Shown: positions 39,201 through 51,150, numbered from the whole stretch's first letter. The stretch: DNA of 62,964 nucleotides, filler included, from Octopus bimaculoides (GCF_001194135.2; 7 parts of 7 records of this genome joined end to end with filler, not necessarily neighbours in it); one strand, 5' to 3'. A program made the numbers and translations. Notes: generated by a model not told the origin, from the letters alone.

Positions 39201-39764
39201 AGCTGAAGGGAGAAGAGAAAGAAAACAAGCCAATGAGAAAGCATCTTTCTAGTTACTTGACTTTTGAATGCACCAGTCTGATCTTCCTAAACAAACTCTT
39301 AGCTAAATCAATGCTATAGATCAGCTGAGAGCTGAATGGTGCAACATAACAATAACACAAAGAGAATATACTCATAACTGGTCATTTTAACAGCAATTTT
39401 GGCAAACCTACATTGAAAATTTTGTATTTCTTAGTTTACTTGGTAGAGTTTTATTTTTTCTTTTCCTCACATTTATGGCTGATAAGCAGAGCCTGTAAAT
39501 GTCTACATAAGTGTAATGTGCCATTTCGGTATATTAAAAGGTTATTTGAAATACCAATATTTATCTAGTCATTTGGTTAGGTACCTTCAACCCTTCCCTT
39601 TGAAATTGGTTGGTTCTTTCATTTTAAAATTATTTTAAGCATCTATCTCAGAGTCTCTGATTCTAGACTTGTAGGAGAAAGAGGGATTGTACATTTGGCT
39701 TAGAGGCTAGCAACAGACTAGCATCCATCAATTAGGTAGTGGTATTAAATATTATGTTATAAAC

Positions 39765-39925
39765 AGGCATAGCTGTATAGTCAGGAAAGTATGCTTTCCA
39801 ACCAAGTGGTTTGCAGTTCAATCTCAATGTTCGCCATCTTAGGGCAAGTGTCTTCTACTACAGACAGAAGTCAACCAAAGCCCTGTGAATAAATTTGGTG
39901 ACTGAAACTGAAATATATACATGTA
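39765..39925 (+). mobile_element. SINE family A, 5' part
   Basis: GGCATAGCTGT...CCAACCAAGTGGTT...GGGCAAGTGTCTTCTACTAC...CCAAAGCCCTGTGA. Confidence 0.7.
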
Positions 39926-40302
39926 TAAGTATGCATGTGAATGTGTGGGTTTGTTTGGATTTACATGCTATGAAAGTCACTCACTATGAACAGTATTGTT
40001 GATATTAGTTGTGAAACCAGTGGATGATTTGTACACCAAAATGATAAAGCACTGTCACTAACCTGTGCTTGTTTTTCAAGTGAAGGCCCTTCACTTGAAA
40101 AACAAAAAGTGATTAGTGACAAGAAGAGTGTCAAATTATAGGCATTGCCTCAATAATCTATTCATCTAACCCATGCTAGCACAGAAAAAATTTGGTGAAA
40201 AATGAACAAATGCATGCATATTTCCTACCTCCAATTGAGGAAGATTGAAAAACGAATCAAATTATTTAAATCTATTCTCATGTGACAGGTACCTTTTACC
40301 CT

Positions 40303-40437
40303 GTACTTGTTTAAATCATTAGACTGCAGCCATGCTAGGAGATTGCCTTCAAGAATTTTTAGTCAAATGAATCAACCCCAGTAATTATTAGAGACATAAC
40401 CACATCAACAGTGGCTGACAAGTGGTGGGGTGGGTCA

Positions 40438-40481
<44 letters not shown>

Positions 40482-40650
40482 AACAAACAAACACAAACAC
40501 TTGACAGACTTCTTTTAGTTTCCATCAACCAAATCTACTCACAAGTCTTTGGTTGGCTCAAACCTATAGTAGAAGACACTTACCTAAGGTACTATGCAGT
40601 GAGACTGTACCTGGGACTATATTTTGGGAAGTAAACATTTTACCACATCA
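40303..40650 (-). mobile_element. SINE family A with internal (CA)n
   Basis: CATTAGACTGCAGCCATGCTAG...CTATAGTAGAAGACACTTACCTAAGG. Confidence 0.75.
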
Positions 40651-41408
40651 AGTTGTTGACAGCTTTTTCTTGCACATTTTCCAATAAGAATTTCTTTCTT
40701 CACAGAATCTGGTCTCCAACTAATGTTAGCATATTTGTTGTCTTATCATAACTTTGAAGAATATAACTAAAAGTGTAAATGTTCTTTGGAACATAATTCT
40801 CTATCAAATAAAGTCATCCAGTTCTTTACCTGACAAGTTGTTGTTAACCATATAGCTTTCAATCATGTTTCTGAAAATAGGTGCCAACTAATTAAGGAAG
40901 GTACATATTAAATTAATCAGGATGGAATTTTCCATTCCTCAATTACTCTCTTGTGCAATGCACTATTATTCCTATTGTGCATGGCAGAGTACACATTTTT
41001 TAAAGGTTTATTTTTGTATAATGGTAAGACCTGTACTAAGAATATCAGTTGATTTTTAGAATAACTTTGAAGGTCATTCTCCTAGGTTTACCTGCTATTT
41101 TATCTGTATGTAACATTTTCAGTTTTGTAAATAGGAGTCTTTCTTGCAATGTTTATATCACACAACAGTTGTCTTTCAAGGACATATGGTGAATCAGACA
41201 CAACTCATATCTTATCTGTAAACAAAGCAATTAGTTTAGCAGTGTCTTTGTTTATTTTCTTTAAAACTAAATGTTTCTAAATACATTCCCAGGTCCCATC
41301 CCTTCTTGATTGCTATCAGTAGAAAGGGCATCCAGCTGTAAAAACAACTGCTCCAGCATATAATCTGCTCCATAGACACCTGACAGTCATAGGAAAATGG
41401 ATATAAAT

Positions 41409-41453
<45 letters not shown>

Positions 41454-41464
41454 ATGTATACCAA

Positions 41465-41800
41465 GTTGCAGACAGTGTTGTGTGGTTGAGAACATTGCAT
41501 TCTAATCATGTGATTTTGGGCTTGATTCCACTACTTGGTAACATATGCAAATGTCTTCTACTGTATCCTCAGACTAACAAATGCCTCATGAGTGAAACTG
41601 ATAGATGGAAACTGTAAGGAAGCCCATGTGTGTGTATGCCATCATCATTTAACATCCACTTTCCCACATGTACGTGGATCAGACAGAGTTTATTTGAGGT
41701 AGATTTTTCTACAGCTAGACCTCTTCCTACAGAATACTGGAAATGGATGACACTGCATGTATGACTGTGATGCTCATTTACAACTATCACACGAAATCAA
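41465..41800. mobile_element. SINE family A 5' part (+, 41465-41635) followed by SINE family C fragment (-, 41640-41800)
   Basis: ATGTCTTCTACTGT...GATGGAAACTGTAAGGAAGCCC, then CATCATCATTTAACATCCACTTTCC. Confidence 0.65.
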
Positions 41801-42597
41801 AATAAAAGAGGCACACATCATACAATATACACACATGTATGTATGTGTATGTGTGTGCATATACACACATACATGCACATATCTTCTATATAAATACAAG
41901 TGTATGTGGTTATGTACGCGTGTTTAACCCAAAAAGCTCTGAGACAGTGCATCCTTGAGAAAAATGAATTTTATTTTTGAAATCTACATCCCAAAGACAA
42001 TATCAATTGTAAATGATAATGTAAAAAATATAATTTGCTCCAGGAAAGAATTCAACTTTTATATTGACCACTTTCTGACTCTCTGTCTATCACCAACAAT
42101 CTATATCTCTCTATATATTCATCATACTCTTTGACACCCACTCTTCTTGAAAATATAATAATTGTTATGCATAGCTTTCATTTTGTTTAAAACCTTGTCT
42201 TCTAATGATTACTTTTATTTTATGACAGCTATTATGCACAAATCACATTTTCTGATTGGGTAAATATGATCACACTTTAAACCTCTGTAACATTTTTCTA
42301 TAATTTTTCTGCAATAAATGAATTACTAACTTAAATTCAGTGTGAAAATGTACATCAATATTCCGAATTTGAAAATTTTCACTTACTTTTGAAATTTCAA
42401 AATCTGTCACAGAGACAGATAGTCTCTCATTCTCATTCTCTCTCTCTCTCTCTCTNNNNNNNNNNNNNNNNNNNNNNNNNNNNNNNNNNNNNNNNNNNNN
42501 NNNNNNNNNNNNNNNNNNNNNNNNNNNNNNNNNNNNNNNNNNNNNNNNNNNNNNNNNNNNNNNNNNNNNNNNNNNNNNNNNNNNNNNNNNNNNNNNN

Positions 42598-42630
<33 letters not shown>

Positions 42631-42724
42631 TATATAGGAAATAATTAAAATTCAGTTGAATTAGGTACTTAAATTGAGGCACCAAGCCGGTTCGGTATAG
42701 TCCGCGCAGCTCAAAGTTAGGTGA

Positions 42725-43445
42725 ATAAAAGCAAATAAGTAACAAGGATATCCAGGTATCAGTGCATTATGGCTGTTTCAAGCAGCTCCATATAACCGAA
42801 TCAATAAAAACATTATATCAACTTGAAATAAACTGCTCTCTTTGGTGCAGACAACCATATAGAAATCCAACATAATGGATAAATCATTATTTTTTAGCAA
42901 ATTTCATCAGTACAAGAGACTAAAATAATTACATCATCATCGTTTAACGTCCACTTTCCATGCTAGCATGGGTTGGACGATTTGACTGAGGACTGGTGAA
43001 CCAGATGGCTACACCAGGCTCCAATCTGATTTGGCAGAGTTTCTACAGCTGGATGCCCTTCCTAATGCCAACTACTCATTGTTTCAAATTGCTATTTTTG
43101 TGGCAAAATGAATTTAAGGGGAAAAATGTATACCTAAAGCCTTCTACAATTTAGGGTGGCAGAGGAAAATAGGAATGGTGGCATAGTTACATTTATATTT
43201 ATCTTTATCACATTCATAAGACTTAATACAGCCTGTTGTCTACAACCCCTTAGAATTAAATCCATTGGGAACTGACAGTTAAGTTCTTGCTGGTAGTGAT
43301 AAATTAATGTCAGATACTCTCCCCAGGGCCCCTATTTTACTGGGATGATATATCTAGCCCTATGTAGATAAAAGGAAATATCTTTGAGTTGCTACAAAGA
43401 TAATGACAGATAGAGAAGAGGTGATAACCAAAAAGAGGAAGGACA
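42725..43445 (+). repeat. Left arm of long inverted repeat IR1
   Basis: Reverse complement of 44633-45184, for example TGTATACCTAAAGCCTTCTACAATTTAG and TTAAATCCATTGGGAACTGACAGTTAAGTTCTTGCTGG; interrupted by a SINE at 42933-43077. Confidence 0.9.
42933..43077 (-). mobile_element. SINE family C, 5'-truncated young copy inserted in the IR1 left arm
   Basis: Nearly identical to 47118-47275; the right arm has the uninterrupted site TAATTAC^ATTGTTTCA. Confidence 0.9.
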
Positions 43446-44452
43446 AGGGTAGCTAAACATATTATGATTATCAAATAAAAGAGGTATAGATTGGGAAACA
43501 TAAGAGGTCACAATGAGTTCCAATGTGGGAATTAAAGGTGAGGGTAATGTGGTGTATCCTAACATAGCAAAAGTTTATATAAAATGTAGAGAAAGATTTT
43601 AGAATCATGTAAGAGAAAAGGGATAGAATAAATTAACCTAAACCTTAAAAGTAGGGTCCTATAATATATAAGAGAAACCTCATAAGGCCTTTTCCTAGCA
43701 TATTGCTGAGGTGGTCATGCTAAAACTATTCAATGAGCCAAAACTTAAATTAAGATATCATCAGAGTAGGAGAACATATTGAATCAAAACCAGGGATTAA
43801 AAGCTAAAAAATAAGATAAATATTTCTATATCAGGTAAACTTATTTAAAAAAACCTTGAAAAAAAAATATTTTTTGATAAAAATTACCAACATTATGAAA
43901 AAACGTGAAATGATATAAGAAAGCATAAAAATATAAGGTATAAAACTATCATATACATACATACATACATACATAATATACACATACACGCACGCACNNN
44001 NNNNNNNTATATATATATATATATATATAAATTTTATAGAATTTATGAAATATATATGGTGAAATTATAAATATAAACACCATATTGCATTATATTATTC
44101 CATGAGTTTTATGAAGAGAAGTTACAAACCCCTCCACAATCCATAGAATATACACCAGTGTATAAGAGGGTATATAGATATATAAAAAATACAACCATAT
44201 AATATAAGATTTAAAAAATAAATAAAATAAAATAAAAATGAAAAACAAAAGAATTTTTTTTGTACAAACTTCCAATAAAGAATTTATAAAATGAAAAAAT
44301 AAAATAAAGATAAAAATTTTACATTGTGAATGCAATAAAATGTATAACAGAAAGAGAGAGAGATAAAAAATACAAAATGAGGATAAGTCAAGGTATGTAT
44401 AACAAAAGCTAATCAAAGGATAAATAAAATAAGATATTTCATATGTGTATTG

Positions 44453-44568
44453 CTTATGCTGAGTGTGTGTCTATCAATGTGTGTGTATGCATGTGATTTA
44501 GAAAAGGTATGTTAAAGACAATTTGTTTTAATAGCATACATTTCTGTTAGCAAATGCTTTTTCTTATA
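44453..44568 (+). repeat. ~116-bp exact direct duplicate of 45546-45661
   Basis: CTTATGCTGAGTGTGTGTCTATCAATG...AGCAAATGCTTTTTCTTATA is identical at both sites by eye. Confidence 0.9.
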
Positions 44569-44632
44569 AAGATACCATTGGAAATCGTTTTATAAAATAT
44601 TTGTAAAATATATTATTATAGATACAGATATG

Positions 44633-45181
44633 TGTACTTCCTCTTTCTGATTACCACCTCTTCTCTATTTGTCATTATCTTACTAGCAACTCTGAGATAT
44701 TTAGATATATGGCCCCAGTAAAATAGGGTCTTGGGGAGAGTATCTGACATTAATTAATTCATCACGACCAGCAAGAACTTAACTGTCAGTTCCCAATGGA
44801 TTTAATTCTAAGGAGTTGTAGACTGCATTAAGTCTTATGAATGTGATAAAGATAAATATAAATGTAGCTATATCACCATTCCTATTTTCCTCTGCCACTC
44901 TAAATTGTAGAAGGCTTTAGGTATACATTTTTTCCCCGAAATTCATTCTGCCACAAAAATATCAATCTGAAACAATGTAATTATTTTAATCTCTTGTACG
45001 AATGAAATTTGCTAAAAAATAATGATTTATCCTTTATGTTAGAAATCTATATGGTTGTTTGCATCCGAGGAGAGTGGTTTAATTCAAACTGATGTAATGT
45101 TTTCATTGATTGATTAAACGGAACCATTTGAAACAGCTGTAGTGCACTGATACCTGGACATCCTTGTTACTTATTTGCTTT

Positions 45182-45184
<3 letters not shown>
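44633..45184 (-). repeat. Right arm of long inverted repeat IR1
   Basis: Reverse complement of 42725-43445, roughly 85% identical by eye. Confidence 0.9.
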
Positions 45185-45236
<52 letters not shown>

Positions 45237-45269
45237 TTGTCTATCTCTTTCATTTTCTCTTGGTAAACA

Positions 45270-45730
45270 TTCTCACTCTCTATAAAAGTATATCACTCAC
45301 ACTGAGCATGTGTGTGTTTGCCAGTGCGCAAATATGTGTGAGTATGTGTGCAAAGAATTTCATTAGAGTGACAGAGTGATTTTAAAAAGGATATGTAAAA
45401 GATAATTCATTTTAATAGTATATTTTTCTATTAGTAAATATGTTTTTCCTTACACACACAGAGACTCGTTTGATGTGGGGTGGGGTTAAAGATTTAAATA
45501 AGAAATATTTTTGTTGTTGCTTTTACTCTCTGTAAAAGTATATTACTTATGCTGAGTGTGTGTCTATCAATGTGTGTGTATGCATGTGATTTAGAAAAGG
45601 TATGTTAAAGACAATTTGTTTTAATAGCATACATTTCTGTTAGCAAATGCTTTTTCTTATACACACAAACATGGACTCACTTGATGCAGAGTGAAGTTTA
45701 AGAGATAAATTACAATTTTTTTTTTGTTGC
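45270..45730 (+). repeat. Diverged tandem duplication (~250 bp and ~210 bp units)
   Basis: ACTCTCT.TAAAAGTATAT.ACT...GTGATTT..AAAAGG.TATGT.AAAGA.AATT..TTTTAATAG...TTTCT.TTAG.AAAT..TTTTTC occurs at ~45278 and ~45525. Confidence 0.75.
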
Positions 45731-47117
45731 TGTGACTTAAATCTCAGCAATAGACCACCACAACATCATTCCATAAAATGTATTTACAGGGAGAAAATAT
45801 AGAAAACATCAATACATGTCAGAGTGAGAAGGAGATGAGCAAGGTATTAAGTGGTTGTGGAATGTGCTATAAACAACTAAATATCCCTTACATCACCTTT
45901 TCATCTGAAAATTATTTAAAACTTATAAACAAATTGCAAATTTGGACTGTCTGTATTTTAAATTTATGATTAAAAAGAAATTTTTTTAAAAAGCCGAAAT
46001 TTTACTATTTATTTCAATGGAAAACTTTTAAAAAATTATATTTCATTTTCTGTTTGAAAATAAAGAACATGGATATTGTAATAGTGATTGCTGATTATCA
46101 AATTTTTTTTTAACCTTCAATGCTTCTCTCATCATTTTAAGTGTGCAATGCAAAAACATTGAACAAAATTGGTCCAGAAGTGGAGGAGGGTGGACTGATA
46201 AATTTTCCAAAAAAGTTTCATAAGTTTCACCCCATCATTTGGAAGGGTGTAGTGAAAAAACAAAAATTGAAAAATCCCTGTCAAAATGGACAAAATCCAA
46301 CGTTAGTGGTTGTGCCATTCCAAAAGTCCTTGTCAGACTTTTGGAATAGCACACCCACATAGAAAGATTGTGAAAATTACCCAGCGAAGATGGGACATTC
46401 AGCTAGTAAATATGCATATACAAAACAAATAGATATAGAGATATACTATTGACAATCCAATAATTTATTTATATTACAATATTACATTAAATACTATGAA
46501 TACAATATAACAATATAATATTATATAACATAAATAATTATAAAAATCATAAAAGGCCAACAAATTGTTTCGACTTATATATATTTTTTCTGATATACAT
46601 AATCACAGTTCCCTTATATATAAAGTCACTTCAGGATCATGGTTTAGAAAAAGATGAAATTCTGTGTGAAAGGATGGTTGGATTGTAAAAATTAATTCAA
46701 ATGTCTATGTATTATGAGCGTGAGTGTTAACTATTCAATCATACATCAATTACAATTAAAAAACAACAACACTTTAACAGACGATACAATCAATTAAGTG
46801 CAATCTACAACCATCGAAATTCACCTCATTACATCTCAAACACATACCAATTGGAACCCTTCCATGTCCAAGATAGTCGTTTGTCAACACAACATACAAC
46901 AAGATATGTGTGTAGATAAATGTATGTAATTAAGTATCTAAGTCTTCTACATATAACTGCAGCAAAAAATATACAATTACATCTTCAATACAACAACTCT
47001 TTTATTTATTGAATTATACCAATATTTATATGGTATCCGACTGACATACCAGCGAATTGGATGTTTAACACACCTCTTTGAAGGATTTATTTCTCTCAGT
47101 TTGTTACAAATAAATAT

Positions 47118-47426
47118 CATCATCATCATCATCATCATCGTTTAACGTCCGCTTTCCATGCTAGCATGGGTTGGACGATTTGACTGAGGACTGGTGAAAC
47201 CGGATGGCAACACCAGGCTCCAGTCTGATTTGGCAGAGTTTCTACAGCTGGATGCCCTTCCTAACGCCAACCACTCAGAGAGTGTAGTGGGTGCTTTTAC
47301 GTGTCACCCGCACGAAAACGGCCACGCTCGAAATGGTGTCTTTTATGTGCCACCCGCACAAGCCAGTCCAGGGGCACTGGCAACGATCTCGCTCGAAAAT
47401 CCTACAGGAGCCAGTCAGGCGGTACT
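47118..47426 (-). mobile_element. SINE family C, young CpG-rich copy running into a gap
   Basis: (ATC)n CGTTTAACGTCCGCTTTCCATGCTAGCATGGGTTGGACG...GGATGCCCTTCCTAACGCCAACC; the (TGA)n tail is typical of RTE-mobilised elements. Confidence 0.88.
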
Positions 47427-47769
47427 NNNNNNNNNNNNNNNNNNNNNNNNNNNNNNNNNNNNNNNNNNNNTTAATTAATTAANNNNNNNNNNNNNNNNNN
47501 NNNNNNNNNNNNNNNNNNNNNNNNNNCAGGAAAAATCAACGACGACAACATCAACAACAGAAAGAAACACTATACAGACAAAAACAAACAAACAAACAAA
47601 GAGACACGTCGAGGAAACCGCATTTCGTGTTGTGCAATATGTGGCAAAAATATTGATAAGATGCCACAAAGAATTTACTAATATGGCATGAAACAGCAAG
47701 ATAGCTAAATCTCAGCCGATTTTTACAGAAACGCCAAGGAAGAAAAAAAAAAAAAAAGAAAATTTCCAG

Positions 47770-47985
47770 AAAAACACAAAGATATAGCCAGGAGTGCCAG
47801 TGATATACAAAGACACAGTTGCTGCCACAGAGGAAGAAAGCCATATTCTTGAATGGTCTTGTGTATCAACCCACCCCTTGCCCTTATCCGTTCTTGGGTT
47901 GCATGCAAATAAAACTCGTGATATTGCTATGAATTCTATGTTTCTGATGATCTCTGCGGCCAGTTTGGGAGTTTGGGAGTTTCTA
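47770..47985 (+). repeat. ~215-bp direct repeat, copy 1 (copy 2 at 48510-48722)
   Basis: AAGATATA.CCA.GAGTGCCA...GTTGCTGCCA...CATATTCTTGAAT.GTCTTGTGT.TCAACCCACCCCT...GTTCTTGGGTTGCATG.AAATAAAACT...TGATCTCTGC.GCCA. Confidence 0.85.
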
Positions 47986-47989
47986 CAAT

Positions 47990-48390
47990 CGGTGGTTCTC
48001 ATCTGAGGTTCATATAACCTTTAGGGGTTCCCATAAGATTTTGTTGTTAAAATTTACCACCAATAAATTCATTATGCTTCTACAAGATTTTAATTTTTTT
48101 ATATAAATCTTTGTAATTCAGACATAATATATCTCGGACTACATTATCAAATGTATAGTACTATAGTTAGTATTTGTGGCTATAGTTGTTATTGTTGTTT
48201 AGCCCCAGGTCAATCCTGATCCTGTAGACCTATGATCAGAGGTTCTCAACCAGGGTTGGTTTCATATGGCTCTTGGGGATCCATATAGGATTTTGTTGTT
48301 AAAATTTGTCTGCCATAAATTGCTTATGCTTCTTCAATGCACAAAATATTTTAATTATTTTTATACAATTCCTAATTATATCTAATTAGA
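47990..48390 (+). mobile_element. Two partial copies of a hAT-type MITE end
   Basis: CGGTGGTTCTCA (47990) and CAGAGGTTCTCAACC (48237) resemble the CAGTGGTTCTCAA TIR; both continue GATTTTGTTGTTAAAATTT...ATAAATT..TTATGCTTCT. Confidence 0.6.
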
Positions 48391-48815
48391 AAAATATAGG
48401 GTAGCGTTGATTGGATAAAGCAGGGGTGGTTCTTATACTCTTTTCCACTTAGTGATCGCTGACATGGCTATGTACCCCTTGACCCTACAAATTAAACAAA
48501 TTGCAGCTAAAACAGGAAGATATAACCAAGAGTGCCAACAGTACAAAAGACATGGTTGCTGCCATGTAGGAAGGAAATCATATTCTTGAATAGTCTTGTG
48601 TCTCAACCCACCCCTCGTTCTTATCTGTTCTTGGGTTGCATGAAAATAAAACTTTCCATATTGCTAAAAATTCTGTCTCTGAGCATTGGTGATCTCTGCA
48701 GCCATTTTGGGAGTCTCTGTGATCATAGAAGATTTTGTTACCATCTTTCTGTTGAAATACACTGTTTTATAGTCGTTTTGGTTACCGTTTGTGTAACACT
48801 GCTTTTACATGTTTC

Positions 48816-49828
48816 CTTGATTTTTGGGAAATTACTTAGTGATCATTGGATGTTACTAAACTCCACAACACTCACTCCTTGAGATATTGGCTATTTTTTA
48901 AGCCATGTCTATGACTTGAATCCAGCAAGACTTATTTGAATTGTTGTAAACTCTAGTAGTTAGTATGAAGCATTAGCTAGTGTGAATTTTAAGTTGTAAT
49001 TCTCTATGACAAAATGACTTTACTTTCCAATTGTACTATAAATACATAAATAAACTAATGTAGTAATTATTTTCTCTCTTTTTACGTTCTTCAACTTGTT
49101 AATGAAATTTATTTCTGCAATTATGAAACTGTATTATGAAACTGTATTGAAAATTTTATATATTTTTCAAAAGCGTCAATACTTTTATGATGTGGTGGTT
49201 CATCTCCATGATCACGTCAGGAGGTCACCAATTTTATAAAGTCGGTTTGGTTACTGTTTGTGTAACACTATTTTTATATGTTTTCCATTTGGAAATAGAT
49301 AATAAATATATTTTACTTTTGAAGTAGGAATACATATTGATAAACATGTCACTTATAACTTACTTATAAGTTTTATCATTTATACATAAATCCTGACTCC
49401 AGCTACATAAACGCCATGGTGACAAATATATACTCTCAAACGCTAACGGACATTTTATGCATGCATGTATGTTGAAGATAAATAAATTTGTGTTCTTTTA
49501 ACCGCTATAAAAAAATACACAGTTTTATAATTGCAGAAATAAATTTCATTAACAAGTTGAAGAACGTGAAGAGAGACAAAATAATTACTACACCAGTTTA
49601 TTCATGTATTTATAGTACAATTGGAAAGTAAAGTTATTTTGTAGAGAATTACGACTTAAAATTCACACTAGCTAATCCTTCATACTAACTACTAGAGTTC
49701 ACAACAATTCAAATAAGTCTTGTTGGATTCAAGTCATAGACATGGCATAAAAAATAGCCAATATCTCAAGGAGTGAGTGTCATGGAGTTTAGTAACATAC
49801 TGCAATCACAGATTTTCCCAAAAATCAG
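48816..49828. repeat. Long inverted repeat IR2 (arms ~48816-49132 and ~49519-49828)
   Basis: ~315-bp arms, high identity (2 mismatches in the innermost 51 bp), ~385-bp spacer. Confidence 0.92.
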
Positions 49829-50029
49829 GGTTTTTATAACTGCTCATATCCAAATGCTAAGAATTGTATTTCCTGAAAGATTCCTTTGACGAAAGTTTAG
49901 AATTCGTATTTATGGGCAGTAATTTTAACTAGTGGGATTACCAACAATTATGCTTGTTTGGGCAAACGACCATTATGTCATATTGCCGCCTTTTTTTACT
50001 TGCTTCAAATGCTTTTTTTTTCAATCAAC

Positions 50030-50899
50030 TTTGGAAATAATTAAGAATTTTATAACATAATTTTGTTATTATTATGTTTGTGATTAGAGCAAAAATTAAT
50101 ATGGAATCCTGATGATTTTAATTTCGATCACTTTAACCCTTTTGTTCCCTTATTTCTGCCTTTGGTTCAATAAATTTTGAAAATAATGAAGAATCTAGTG
50201 ATATAACTCTGTCACTATTAATCTGGTATTTGGAACATAAATTAACATGAACTTTTAATGGAAGGTTTTGATTTCGATCACTTTAACCCTTTGGTTACCA
50301 TATTTGAAATTCAACACCTTTCTTTCAGTTAATTTTGAAAATAACTAAGAAATTTAGTAAAATAACTTTGTCGTTACCAAAGTGGTGTTTGGAACATTAA
50401 AAGGAAATTTTGATGGAAGGTTTTGACTTAGATCACTTTAACCCTTTGGTTATCATACTTCTGTTGAAATCCACTGCATTTGTTTGAATCAAGTTTGATA
50501 ATAATGAAGAATTTAGCTGAAATAACCTTGTCGCTTTTATGCTAAGGTTTAGAATATAAATTAATATGAAATTTTGATGGACGGTTTTAATTTAGATCAC
50601 TTTAAAACAAGAACTTTGTGTCATAGAACCAACAGCAGCAGTCCCGAGTGGAATGGTATCAAACTGGTTAACACTTTTATTTCCACATCTCAGTTGAAAT
50701 ACGCTGCCTTTGTTTCAATTAATTTTGAAGCTAATGAAGAATTTAGTAGAATAACTGTCAGTATTAAGTTTCAGTTTGGAATATCAAATTAACATAAAAT
50801 TTTAATGGAAGGTTGTAATTTAGATTGCTTTAAAACTGGTAGTTTTGTATTGTAGAAACCAGGGGCAGTTTCAGGTACCTTTTGTATCAAAAGGGTTTA
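50030..50899 (+). mobile_element. Head-to-tail array of a TTAA-type (piggyBac-like) MITE
   Basis: TTAACCCTTT starts at 50133, 50283 and 50438; ends GGTATCAAACTGGTTAA (50671) and TGTATCAAAAGGGTTTA (50899); units share AATGAAGAATTTAGT...GGAACATAAATTAACAT...ATGGAAGGTTTT...GATCACTTTAA. Confidence 0.82.
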
Positions 50900-50982
50900 T
50901 CTTTTTTATAAAATGTCTTGCTCAGTTGCTCAGCAAATATTTCATTTGGAGGCTCAGCACTGAAGCAGGGTACTAGCTCAAG

Positions 50983-51150
50983 AAGCACAGGTGTGGACAT
51001 GTGGTAAGGAGTTTGCCTTCCAACCACATGGTTCTGGATTCAGTCGCACTATGTGGCATCTTGGACAAGTGTCTTCTGTCATAGCCTCAGAACAACCAAA
51101 GCCATATGAGTGGATTTCGTAGAGAGAAACTGAAAGAAGCCCACCATATA
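50983..51150 (+). mobile_element. SINE family A, 5' part
   Basis: GCACAGGTGTGG...CCAACCACATGGTTCTGGATTCAGTC...AAGTGTCTTCTG...GAAACTGAAAGAAGCCC. Confidence 0.85.

Noticed and set aside
43500-43740. GIY-YIG-like words (NVVY...KVYI) on the plus strand of the IR1 spacer
   Set aside because: Needs several frameshifts and conflicts in strand with the YSDD hint; too weak to call by eye.
45085-45145. Possible Penelope-type minimal hammerhead ribozyme (GAAACAGCTGTA)
   Set aside because: The GAAAC-palindrome-GTA part fits, but the upstream core is CTGATGT rather than CTGATGA, stem I does not pair, and the other IR1 arm does not conserve these positions.
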